Shown here piece after piece: positions 43,932 through 56,021 of a stretch of 64,000 nucleotides of DNA. The notes under the pieces were generated by a model. That model was not told the origin of the DNA and searched no databases. It saw nothing but the letters and a program-made list of their open reading frames with translations. The first letter of the stretch is position 1. The number at the start of each line of letters is the position of its first letter. The stretch is from the NCBI GenBank assembly GCA_907165135.1, contig OU015569.1:7068001-7132000 (forward strand), read 5' to 3'. This stretch comes from Oikopleura dioica (taxonomy: Eukaryota; Animalia; Chordata). The translations under genes were made by a program, and so were the position numbers.

Positions 43932-46112
43932 TCAAACTATTTGCTGCAGAGCATTACTTCTCTTCGTTGTGTTCGAGAAAAGCGCTCTTATGAGCCCTCG
44001 AACGGCATTAGCAGAGAGGCTAATGTCGCCAGCTTTCCAAACACCAAGAATGTCTGACAGTGAGGAACGCAATATAAATCGCAAATCTAATAATAACTGG
44101 TCATTTGCAATTAACTTTCTAAGTTTACCTTCAGCGTTTGTGGCGGGATAGCCAGGTAAATCCGAAAGTTTGTTAATAAATGCATCTAGAGGTGTACATG
44201 CATCGACAGCAATATCCTCCTCCTCTACAAAATAAATTTTAAGTAACTCTCTTGAGATACAAGCCGTGAATAAAAAGTCTCTACTAGGTGAGTGGCTTTA
44301 CACAAAAAGACGACTCACCTAGAATTGCGCCGGTGATTTTATTGATGAAATAGATAGATGACCTCTCAAGGAGCTTGCGTTTTGTCACCGGGGCGAGGTA
44401 CGGGTCGAGTTGCGCGTCTAACGAGCTCAAAATAGATTTGACGTCTGAGACTGAGCACATCAGCTCCTCCAAGCTATCTTGCTCTTCTATTTTGCTGACA
44501 AGACGTAGTTTATCGTCTATTAGGGAGTCGATTTGCACTTCGATTTTATCTAGATGGTGCTTTTCGAAACGAGCTAGCAAGGCCTTCAGGGAAAGTACTT
44601 GGTCAAAGGATGCACGAGCTACAGTCAAGCTTTCTGATGAATTCTGAAGCAGCGGTTTTTATTGAAAACTATTAATCCGAGATTGCTATCTTCATTAGAA
44701 AAAAAATGAAACCGTTTTCTTGGCAAGTTGCAAACGAGCCAAACACCCAATGAACCAGTCAATATCGTTAGAGAGAACATTTACGTATTCCAAGTTCTCA
44801 GCAAGTTGGATGGAAAATCTGTTCAGCACAAAGACCTTGTAAAGCTGAATAATCCTTGGAGAGACATTGGGGCTCTTTAGCATAATGAGCCATCCTTGCG
44901 CGCAAAAAGGTGAAATTGGCGATTCCGGATTCTGTAGCTTGAGTGATGTCGAAAGGGAGAGAGTCTTCGAGGAGTTAGTCGTGCTTTTGTGAGAAAGGTA
45001 ACGTTTTTGTGAAGAAGGCGTGACGGTGGACATAAAATCGCCGGTAGACAGGATCCGGCGATACCGAGCGAGGAGCCTGGAAGAAGACTTTTCCGTAAGA
45101 GCGTTCGAAAGATTTTGCACCATTTCGGGGATCTTTTTGAAGTTGGAAGAGATTTTCAGCGAAAGCTCAAATAACTCCTTGACGTCAGCAAAGGACTCGT
45201 CGTCTTCGTCACTTTCGAGTGGAATACTTGGCCGCAAAATTGAATCGACGATGTAGTTCTCCAGTTTTAATGTTTGATCTTCTGAGAACGAAATCGACTG
45301 GCTCTGTAAATGTAACATAAACTTTGATAACGAGTTGAGCTTTCCAGCGAAACATTCATTTTCACTTCTTTTGATAAATCCCTCTTCGAACAAAATCGGT
45401 CCAGATTGAATGAAATCGACGATAGAGTTCGAAAGATTTAAAAGAAGAGCGTCCAATTTTTCCAAATGAAGCATCGACTCGACAACTAAAAGGATCATTA
45501 TTTGGTTCCGGACAAGATTGAGTTAACTTTACCTTGATTCTTATTGAAAAAGCCGATTCGATCTTCTTCTTGAATAAGTGACTGCTGCCAGGCCTCGTTC
45601 GCTAGAATAATTGGATTCAGACTTTCGACTCTGCTGAGAAATGTTTGGACGACTCGTGCTTTCATAAAATTCCCGTCTTCAATTTCTTTAGTAAACTTTT
45701 TGATGTCAGCAAATATCTTCGTTTTCTCGAGTAGGGTCGTATCTCCATACGACGCTGGGAGTCGCGACTCAACTATCTTTATAGTTTTAAGCACCTCACA
45801 AGCACACTGTGAGGCTTCTGCCTTTAGTTCTAGCTCAACACGTTTTTTAAGAAGATCTTCAACGCCTCTCATAAGGGATTGTCAATTGTTGCCTTTACAG
45901 CGCAATTAACAAGAGTTTGATCCCTTTCCATAAACATTTGAGTTCTTGAGCTTTTCCATTCTGGATTTTAACTCGGAAATAGTTTTACTATCTTCCATGA
46001 TCATTTGGAGTTCCTCTTCCGATACAGCAGTCGTCTCCTCGTTTTCTGTTAAAAACGATTTCAAATGCTCGATCTGAGCATCGATTGCGTCCACTCTGTT
46101 GAGGAGAGTCAT
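43932..46112 (-). CDS. ZW10: Centromere/kinetochore protein ZW10
   Basis: Long helical protein whose C-terminus W.AG...LS...VRGLIRALFSNTTKRSNALQQI* matches the ZW10 end (VK.LIRALFQNT.RRA.AL..I). I..AIL.EEDI lies upstream. Confidence 0.8.
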
Positions 46113-46275
46113 TCTGAAAACGCATGAATTCAAATGTGTTTAAAATAAATAGAGGTATTCGGCAGCTCCCGAAACAATTAATGTAGCGCCGAAAGTTAAG
46201 GCCGATTCTTAAAATTCAAAAGACTAGACAGACAGCAGCAGCATTAGCACAATACTAGTACAGAATCTAAGCAAT

Positions 46276-49200
46276 TCACACAGACATTATATTTCCTGAC
46301 TTTTCCCTGTAACGCTCTTCCCTACGTATTCTGCGTTGCTCAGCAAATTTTTGCTCGATTTCTACTGGCCCGAAATCGAATCCTTCTTCGTCCATCTTTT
46401 GCTGAAAGTTACGCAGCGAAATGACACAATTCTTTTTCTTCAGTCCTTTTAGCAAGATTTCGTAATTTTCGTCATAGCTGAAAGTCTGTGAATCTCCGAT
46501 CAAGCAACAGTGTCTCTGAAGGAATGGTAAGCAAGGGTTATCTTTTGCTGCCTACTTTCGCACGAGTAATTGCAACATTAATTCGCCGCACATCGTCCAT
46601 CATTCCGAGATCCCAGGATAAATTCGAGCGAGCCATTGAGACAATAATTACGTCCTTTTCTTTTCCCTGGTAGCCATCAATTGTCCGAACGGTGGCAGAG
46701 GCATAATTAGGATCAATTTCTTCCAGCGACTGGCGAATGTGAGCCACTTGAGCCCAGTAGCAAGAGATAATTCCGATTTCTGACTCTGGAATGCCCATTT
46801 TATTCCGAAAGTGATCATACATTCGGGCGACTGAACAGAACCTTTTTCTAACAATAAGAATCAGCAGTCCCTACCGAGTTTCGCCTCGTGCTCATTATGA
46901 TAACTTTCGTGAGAGTCTGGAACGTCGTCATGACCTTCGTTGTAGCCTAGACCCGCGTGATCAAGCCAAATTAGGGGATTGTTTCTGAGAGTAGAACAAC
47001 CTTCTTCGTAGCTATCACCAAGACGTATATTTTTATTGCGCCTTTGTAGTTTTCATAAAAAGGTAAAATTTCGGAATTGAGGCAACCCCACTGATAGTGA
47101 ATAATGAAAACATTCCTTCCCGCTTTTAGCCTCGATTCGTATAATACCCGGCTGCTCCAGCCAGAGATCATGAAGTGCGATCTATATTGTGTCTCTAGCA
47201 GAAAATGGCGCGAAGGGAGCTTCTCTACAACGTATTCCATGAAACTCTTGTCATAACCAAGCCGTTTGGCTTCCTCTGTTTTTACAACGGGCGGCAGCTG
47301 CAGGTGATCACCCGCAACAATGCAACTAAAGTATACATTTATACGATCAGAAGACGGCAAATTGACCTTAATAAAATTATAACGAGTCTTCTGCATGCAC
47401 ATGTGTTACAATTATTCATCAATGCGATTTGAGAAGATACTTTTTACTGTTACGACTTTTTCTCCGCAGAGGATCCCACTTATAGAATATTTCTTTCACC
47501 TTTCGAAATAGGGAAGAATTTCCAACGCCTCGGCGAGTGTCACGAAGCCGCCTTCCTCGAAAACTATAATATCGAAACTTCCGCGTTTTATTTCTTTGTG
47601 GATGATGGTTGAGTTGGATGATGACATGCGAACACAGGCACCCAAAACTGAGCATACAATTCTTTTGTCCTTCAGTGATTGAATTCGCCCGCGGTGTAAT
47701 TGATTCGATATTTGCTGTAACTGGCGCTTAAGATCAGCTTGATCGAACTGGAAAGACTCTTCTGTTGACTGAAATGTCTTTGCGTTGTCTTCAAACAGGC
47801 TCGATAATGGTTCTTAGAATCAACATAAGTAGAGAGTAGTCAAGATGCCTAGCCTAATAAACGTTTCGTCCGCTGCATAACGATCTCCAATCGCTTAGAG
47901 TCCATGGCTGGCATGAATTGAGTCACTGCCTCGTCGGTTACTTTGCTCACCCGTCCGTAACGGAAGATCTCATTCTTCCCAAGGTATTTTCCTAGCGCCA
48001 AGCATATGTTGTCTGTGGCTGCGTGAGACGGCCCAACAACTAGAATACGTTTGTCTGGAAACTTGAGCGTTATTTGATAAACTGCTTCGGCGACAACGGT
48101 TGTTTTGCCTGTCCCGGGAGGTCCGTGGATGATCGTTATTGGACCGTGATCCAGGTCATCGTGATCAACCATTTTGACAGTGGCGTCAATAGCTTTCATT
48201 TGACTTCGGTCCAACACTACAAAAATAGTTTATCATCGTCAGCGGCTTTTAATTACCTAGATGTTTGTTCTTTACATTTTTCTTCTCAACTGAAAACGGC
48301 CAAGAGTCTGACTTGTCGGCGATGTTTTCGGAAAATGATGGCAACCTTTTGTTCCATCGATTTAACAAATACGGGAGAGGACCATTTGGGAACGTCTTGA
48401 TTTCTAATTTCTCTGAATCGACAATATTTTGCAAATGTCGGACGAATTTCCATTGCTCGTCTGCTCGAGCTGTCCTACAAATGAAAAATTCAGCGCCACA
48501 GCCGTCAACGGTCGAAAACTCTTGGTTGATGAAAAATGGCAACTCGTCGATAAATTCCAACTGGATGAGAGAAGGCGAAATTTTTAAGAGTTCGCACGTC
48601 ACTGACGGGTCATTTTCATGGTTCTCGCATTCGCGGGAATCTTTTGAATTCGCGAAAAGGCTTCTCGCCACTTTTAGTAAAACTCTATCGCCAGGTTTGA
48701 AGCCCTTGCACAGTAATGGTCCGTACTCTTCGATATTGCGTGTAAGCTCAATCGCAACTTGGCCGTTCTTCGTCCTGGTCAGACCAACTGAGCTCGAATC
48801 TGATGGAAGAGTGAAGTTTTTATTTATCGAAAGTCCGAATGCAGCCAAGCCTCTCTTCTCCAATTCAAAAAGCGGTCTCGAACTCGCCGTTTTCCCAGCT
48901 TCCGGACCACTATGCTGCGAAATGCCCATTTCAAGCTCTTCTTTCACCAAGTTTTTATACTCAAACATCGCGGCACTGTACAAATTTTGGAAGATTTTTC
49001 TATACGTTTCCGACTGTCCGGACGAGATGTAAGTCTTTTCATTTTTGAACGCAGTGGGAAACTTCGGGATAGACAAGCGAGTGACTGGTGGATCAAAAAC
49101 GAGCTTTTTTCCTTCTTTTGGTCTTTTTCCTGCGAATTTTGGCGGCGATTTTTTGAGCCACTGCTCCGTGAACTGTCTCAATGCAGGTTGATCGTAGTAA

Positions 49201-49337
49201 TTTGTCAGATCTTCTGGATCATTAGGAAAAACATTTTGGGAAAGAGCGGCACTCTGCGAGCGGGACAGGAGCAAGGCACCATGTCGGAAAACAGCTCTCC
49301 GCTTGATCAGAGTTAGCGTTCCAACTTGCGACAGCAT
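46276..49337 (-). CDS. IGHMBP2/UPF1-like superfamily 1B helicase with N-terminal extension
   Basis: LDRSQMKAI, IIHGPPGTGKTTVVAE, VGPSHAATDNI, AGDHLQLPP, LETQYRSH, IGIISCYWAQV, TIDGYQGKEKDVIIVSMARSN, RRINVAITRAK. Confidence 0.88.
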
Positions 49338-49493
49338 AACATTCTTTCACAGAACGAGTGAGTATTGCACGTTTTTCAAGATATTGCATTGACATGTCAC
49401 AGTTGATTTGCGAAGCTCAAAATACAGCGAGTATGCTGAACAGAAATGTTGTGAACTTCCATGGCATAACTTAATCTTTTTCGACAGAAGTAT

Positions 49494-50793
49494 TTATTTT
49501 CCTAAATCGCTCAATTCTCCGTTTTCGTGAAGCTCGACACAGACATCTTTAGTAAAATAAAAAAACCGGGTTCATGATTTAAGATTTACCTAAACCGCCA
49601 ACAAGTTCGCCTTTATTGTAGAGCTGGGGGTAAGTGGGCCATTTGGAGTACGTTTTCAACTCTTGGCGAACAGTTTCATCAGACAAAATATCGAAATGAT
49701 CGAAGTCGAGACCTTGAAATCTCTTTAACAAGGATAACGATTGAAGAATGAGCCATCCTGCCATAGAATAAATAGCACTTACAGGCTTCCTGGAGGAGAG
49801 CAATCATTTTTCTCGAAAAACCGCACTTAGGTTCGTTTGGACTTCCCTTCATAAAAAGCACGACCTAAGAGAATAAGGTCAAAGTAAATCGTTACGTTCT
49901 CAGTTACTGGAGATTTATGGGTAAGCCACTTGAGCTTTGTGTTGAGGGAATTGGCGGATTCAATTGATTCCAAAAGTTCTCCTTCTTCATGCATTTCCTT
50001 CATTACATCAAGACCACCTACAAGATCTCCATTGATGTACAGCTGCGGAAATGTAGGCCACTTCGAATATTCCTTTATTCCTTGTCGAACATCCTCATCT
50101 TTCAGAATATTAAACGAAGAGAAGTCTTTGTTCGAAAGAAAGTCTACGTGGCGTCTTGCGTTAATTCAAATGTGTGGATTTACAGTGGATTTACCAGATT
50201 GAACTTGATTCAAAAGCTCCATTGTAGCGCGAGAGAATTTGCATTTTGGCTCAGATGGAATACCCTTCATGAACAACACAATCCCCGACTTGTGTGTGAG
50301 TCTATGAAGTCTCTGAGTGAGCGTTTCTCCTGACTCTGATTTGTGTGTGGGGTTTGGTTCATCGGCCCCTTTCGGCGCAGCTAGGTATTTGGCGACAGCA
50401 GCGGTCAGCTGAGCTGGATCCGCCCCGTTAACTCTTGCAACCTCGACTCCTTTCACAATAAGGACACAGGTAGGAACGGCCGAGATTTGAAATCTCTTGG
50501 CAACCTCATCAACAGCCTCCGCTTCACAACGTGCAAAAGTAGCTTTCTTATCCTAGTTCAATTAACGTAAAATCTTATTAAATTTCATTTGAAATCAAGG
50601 AAGAAAACAGAAAACACAAAAAGAAAATCAATCACATGATGAACTGTTCCTGCTGATGGATCTGCTGCAGGGCGGCCAATACAGTATCAATTTGTTTGCA
50701 CTGTTCAGCCCAATCTGCCCAGAAGTGAACAACTAAAAACCCTTGCGCCAAAACGTCAAAATCTGCACTTGACTTAACATCGACCACAGTCAT
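49494..50793 (-). CDS. GLRX3: Glutaredoxin-3 (PICOT): Trx domain plus two monothiol Grx domains
   Basis: [14 protein letters not shown] (Trx-like), [15 protein letters not shown]...[16 protein letters not shown], and [15 protein letters not shown]...[17 protein letters not shown]. Confidence 0.95.
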
Positions 50794-51743
50794 TCTGATA
50801 TACCAAAGTTGAACCTCTCAACTTTTACTCTCCATTTCGTATTGCTAATCATCAATTTTATTATTGCGATTTGCATTTCATCTTTCGAAAAGAATAAGAG
50901 ACGACGAGCGTTGAACTTTTGACCAAATCGTCGTATATTGTCAGAAAAATACATTTGAATAATTGAATGGTATGGAAAATGAAGCTGGAAAAAACTTATG
51001 AAGTATTACGATTATGTCGGAAGAATTGGCTTAGATTAACTTGAAAAAGGTAAAATTAATAAAGAGCAGTTCTACGCATCGAGAATGATTAAATTAAATA
51101 TTTTCGAAAGTGACTAAAGGCGAAAGATAGAATTATAGCATGAACAAAGAAGCAAAGAGAAAATGAGGATTTTAGCGGAATCGTTTAAACTGAAAAGTGC
51201 TCCTTCTATTTCATCGGAAAACAGGTAAAACGTTATGAAGATATAATAAACTTAAAATGAGAAGCTGAATATCTAATCTTTAAAAAACTGATTGAGTAAT
51301 AATAGAAACCGTTGTCAGGGTTGGGTTGTGCAGAGCTCATTGAATATGAAAACAAGTCTTTTTGTTAACTATATTCAATAAAGGAAGAAAGAATAACTGC
51401 CATGCACAATCTATTCTAGACATTCTACAGAACGAGTGACTGTACATTCATCAGCACTTATGAAAGGGTATGATTCGTCTAATTCTTAGACGGGCGTCAA
51501 AAATCGAATATAACAAACCAAAAGGCTACGGAAAGACTGAATAGAGGAGGACAAGGGGGAAGTGCGCGATTTTTCTTCGGAAATTTTTCATCTAAAACTG
51601 AAATATGTACAATTTGAACTTTTACAGCGCTGCAACAATTAATTGTATTATCGTGAAGTGTAGAGATCGTACCCGACGACTAGTGTGTGTCGGGATAGTT
51701 GAAAATTGATGGAGTGTTGTTCTCCGCCTGAAATAGTGTTGGG

Positions 51744-53652
51744 CTAGGCTAGTGGGAAAACGAAACTGACTTTCGGTTTGAAACTCGGAGTGTTTATATC
51801 TATCGTCTTCGGAGTACGTGTCTCCTCGAATTCTCCCCGAATTTTCCGTGAGTTCTCTTCCGAATTTTCAATCGGATTCACAGGCAGAGGCTTTTTTAGA
51901 GGAGATATTCCAGTATCAATCTTCAGCCAAAGAGGATCTTCTGTAGGCTTTCTGAGCGCGGAATACTCGAGTAATGAAGACTTTCCTTTGTAGGAAGGAG
52001 ATTCTTTGCCGTCTATCGGCGCAAGACCTTAATTTATATTCTTCTGATAAAACTTAAAAATGTAGAGCTAACCTGGCATCTGTTTTTTTCTCTTCCCGGG
52101 GCAAAGAGCAGTCTTCAACGACGGGCTTTTTCTGTTTCAAATACCTTGCAGCTGTTAAGAAAACTTAAGTAACAGATAGGCGGTATCCCTGGTAAGTAAG
52201 ATTTGGAACATTCCTTCGAATACCGGGACTGATTTCTGGGCAGATACTTGGCGATATAATATTCGGCGAACCGTAAAAATGCGGAGGATAAAAATGTGGC
52301 GGAAAAGTGATGGGAGGAACTTCCCGAGAATCAGAAATGCCCTCTAATCTATCGCGAGGAGCGGCGGTTGGAACGCTTGCGCGAATGTCCTCATCATCGC
52401 TGGACGATCCAGTGGTGATTTGGGTGATAACACTCTTCCTGGTAGACTCTGTTATTGAACTGTGATCGGAAAGGAGAGTTTACCTCTGAAGATTATTTTG
52501 AACGGTCGGAGAAAGTGCGGTGGGTATAAAAGGAGCCTTCAAGCAGTTAGAAGTCGTTGGCGCTCGTACTATCGGATCAGCAGGTGCCTGAGCCACAGAT
52601 GGATAAAGAGGCGCCTCAGGGACGCCTGGCTCTGGCTTCACAACTATGGTTTGGGTCCGGTTGCTTGTCTTTCGAATGTCTTTCAGCTTGTGGGTTATCG
52701 CATCCGTTGGCTCTTTCGAGTTGAGTGAGTTCAGCGTCGCTTTCGACTGCCCAGTTATCTCGCCGATTGCTTTGAGACAAAGAGAATTTCTTCTTAGCTG
52801 GTAAAAAACCTACAAGAAAATGCTCATCAATGCTTCGATAGAATCTGTGTTACTTTTCGCTTCGTCTCGTTAGCTTGATTATTCTCCATTTCCTGAAGAA
52901 GACCCCGGATAAGGGTTTCATTCTCGCGTATCACACGAGATAGACACTCTTTATCGCAGCATCGCTGAACGTTAACTGAAGTCTTGAAGAGTAGATGAGT
53001 TTACCTTGCCGTGAAGTTCTTCAATGCGAGGGACTCGACGCTTGTTGTTATTCTGATCGCGATAGAGGAAGTTCAAAGAGCAGTGGAGAACTTTTGTGAT
53101 CGCTTTCTTGCAAAGTCTGAGCAGAAAACTAATAAATTAAGGCAGAAATAGACATACTTGTTTTGGGTAAGTTCCTTCTTGTGGACAGTCACAAACTCGC
53201 TAAACGCCTCTGAGTACTTTCGCCCTGCCACTGAACGGTAATTGAGCGGAGGTAATAGAAAGAATTATTACCAGGATTCCTAGTGTTCTTCAAATTGTGT
53301 GCTTCGTTGTGAATACTTATTATTCGCCGGAAGCGCTCGATAGCAGACTGCTGGCAGTTGTCTCGTTGCCCCATGTAGAAGTTATCTGCGCTAGGGACGT
53401 CTCCACTGGAGATGATAAAGCGCTAAATCGAAGATAAGACGCGTTTTTAACATTCTCGGAAATTACATGAACGCAGTTGCAGTAGCCGTTGTGGCGCTTG
53501 TCTTCGCATCGCAAGGGTTCAAGCTCTTCGTATTGTTTATCGAGGAAACCGCGTTTCTGGAAGTCTAATCTGTCCTGTGGGAAGGGATCCGGAGCCATTG
53601 CTTTAGCATACTCCACAGCGCGATGGCTCGGGCCGTGCTGCATAATATTCAT
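51744..53652 (-). CDS. Hypothetical protein (Cys/His-containing N-terminal domain, Pro/Ser/Lys-rich tail)
   Basis: Several exons join with 30-45 nt introns: ...LRCEDKRHNGYCNCVH|RFIISS...|VAGRKYSEAFSEF...|...QRCCDKECLSRVIRENE.... The last exon ends SFVFPLA*. Junctions in the low-complexity part are uncertain and no family was recognised. Confidence 0.55.
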
Positions 53653-54221
53653 ATCATTTTAAAGTCTGAAATTTCAAAGTGAAAAATGCTTTGAAATGGC
53701 GAATATACTAGCACTTATACGGTATAAGTCATACCATCTAAATGAGGTAACAAATGGCAAAAGTTTCAGTATAGGTAGAATAAACTTAGGTGGCTTACGA
53801 ATCATATAAATTTCTAAAATAGTAATGTACTGAACAAAACTGAGAATGCGTGGAGGGTTAACACAAATAGAAAAAGAAAATATGAACCAAGTGTAGCGAA
53901 GATCTGATTTACAGACGCTGCTAATTCAAGATCGGGTAATACAGTATTTCTAATACTAGCAAATAAAGTTGAGCCCTTGAACTTGGGAACAGTGAACTAA
54001 TGCGCAAGTTTGTGAAAATATGAGATATACGGTCAAAAGAAGATAAAGATTTGGTAAGCATTTTTGTGAAATAGGGAAATTTGCTATTTGGTTTGTTAAA
54101 TGGTGCAAAACTATGAACATCGGTCAAGATCAATTAGAGAGCTTTTTTGCCTTTGCCATAAGACGTGGAGAAAAGCGGGTTTGAGTGCCAGGTGTCCAGA
54201 TGGATGAGACTCTGATACTGA

Positions 54222-56021
54222 TCATTCTAAATGAGCGTGTAAGATCTCTGTCTCCGACGAAAGAGGGAGAAACTGCACCCCAGGTAGATAATAATATAAC
54301 TGGCTTTATTTGGATATGTATGTACTTTATCGATCGTGTGCAAATTACGGTCTTACCGCGGCGTAACCGATTTTGATGAGCACTGGCGAATGAAGCGGGG
54401 GCAAAATATTTGGACTCTTGAAGATCTCTGAAAGCGCCTCGGCAGAGGAGATATCCTGCAGCTCCTCCCAAACATATGTGGTTGACTTCACATCTGGGTA
54501 GTCCTAAAAATGCACAGCTAGAGAACCGCCCATAAATATATTTTCTGATTTACATTTTTCTGTTTTCTGGCAGCTGCGTGCTCGTCTTTTAGAATTCGGA
54601 ATAGAACTGTGAGCCGCAAGCCTTAATCAAACCAATTTGATGTTCTTATTATTCTAATGGTTTGATGTTTCACCTTGCGGGTCGTGTGCAGATTCCGCTT
54701 TCTTGTGCTCAACGCAAGTCACTCCCATCGTCCTAGAAATGATTCTCTACTCTACACGAGTGCACTCGATACCCACTTGTATGAATACCAGTGAAGATTT
54801 TCTTTTTTAAAAACTCCCACGAGAAACTTGAAAACAATCGCATGGAGACATTTCTGATCCTGAATCAGTTTAATTAGACTATGCTCCCATAATGTTCATT
54901 CTACGTAACACGAGCTTGATTTATCGCTTTCTCATGCTTCCACCTGATTCCTATTTTTGCTTACCAGTGCACCCCAGCCAGGGAGATTCGGCAAGCCAAG
55001 TGTTTTTCGATTTTGGAGGACCCAGTATTTGCTCTCGTCATTCTTGAAAACGAAACATGCTCTGATGGAGATGAACTTGTGTGGAATGTCTTGTATTTTG
55101 AGCATGCTCCATTTGTAGTTGCCGAGAGCTGAATCGATCTATACGAAATTTGAGCAGAGCGTTAATCCAGGCTCATACTTTTGGGAGCTTGCGTTTGACT
55201 TTGCGGGCGACATTGAGCGCTCTCATCATGTCAACATCACGGAGTTGGTCCTTAGACGCCATCGTGCGAATCGCGTCTTCTGCCAAAAACTGGGAGCGCA
55301 TACTGAAAGAGTCTTCTACGATCTTCAGGTCTCCATCGACAACTTCCATCGTAAAAGTAAATCTCAGCCAAAACGGACCGATTTCTTCCACCATAAGAAC
55401 TAACGCTAAAATTTTGAAAATTTCCTCCTTCGTTGCTAACCTGAATTCGTCTTTGCTATGATGCCGGACTCTTCCTTGACGATTCGAACAGCAGCTTCGT
55501 CCAACGACTCTTTGTGATGAACGGTTCCCGCCGGCAGGTACCATTTTTCTCGACAGGACTCTTTCGACTCCTAATGAAAACTTTAGTTATTCTTGTTTGA
55601 CTTGCGCCACGAGTGATATGTTCTATATGTTCTGCATTGATAGCTACGCTCCGTCAAACCTGTATCATCAAATATTTCCGCGTGGTCGAGTCTGTTTTTG
55701 ATCGGGAAGAGTCTCCTGGATTATGGCGCGCACAACATACGAAACATTTCCAATCCTGCGCTTATCGAAAATCTGTACGCGTTCTCCGAAGTCTTCTGTT
55801 GAAAAGTCTCCCAAGCCCTCTGAACCAAACGAGTGAGTGAAATAGTACACATGTAAAGACAACTGTCTTTGCAAACGTTCTCTAGGCGGAAACTTACCTC
55901 CAGGAATAACATTGGAATTCTCGGGGGCTTTTTCATCTTGACGAAGTATCGCTTCACCGGAAGAAGTGCTTTTTACGCTGGATACTTCTGAAAACAAATT
56001 ATCATATCTACTCAATAGCAT
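54222..56021 (-). CDS. Hypothetical protein, about 450 aa
   Basis: A phase-consistent exon chain runs from ATG 56021 through ...RKLPK|IDSALGNYKW...GWGAL|DQKCLHAIVFKF...WYSYK|TMGVTCVEH...|VLFRILKDE...|DYPDVKS...GYAA|LYYYLPG...HAHLE*. No family was recognised. Confidence 0.55.

Noticed and set aside
48265-49316. Long plus-strand ORFs (255 and 134 aa)
   Set aside because: They are antisense shadows of the long first exon of the helicase and have no recognisable motifs.
54600-54960. Mab-21/cGAS-like similarity in the orphan (WYSYKT versus SYHLKT)
   Set aside because: It is only a short motif resemblance. I could not find the nucleotidyltransferase GS...[DE]x[DE] signature. A profile search would be needed.
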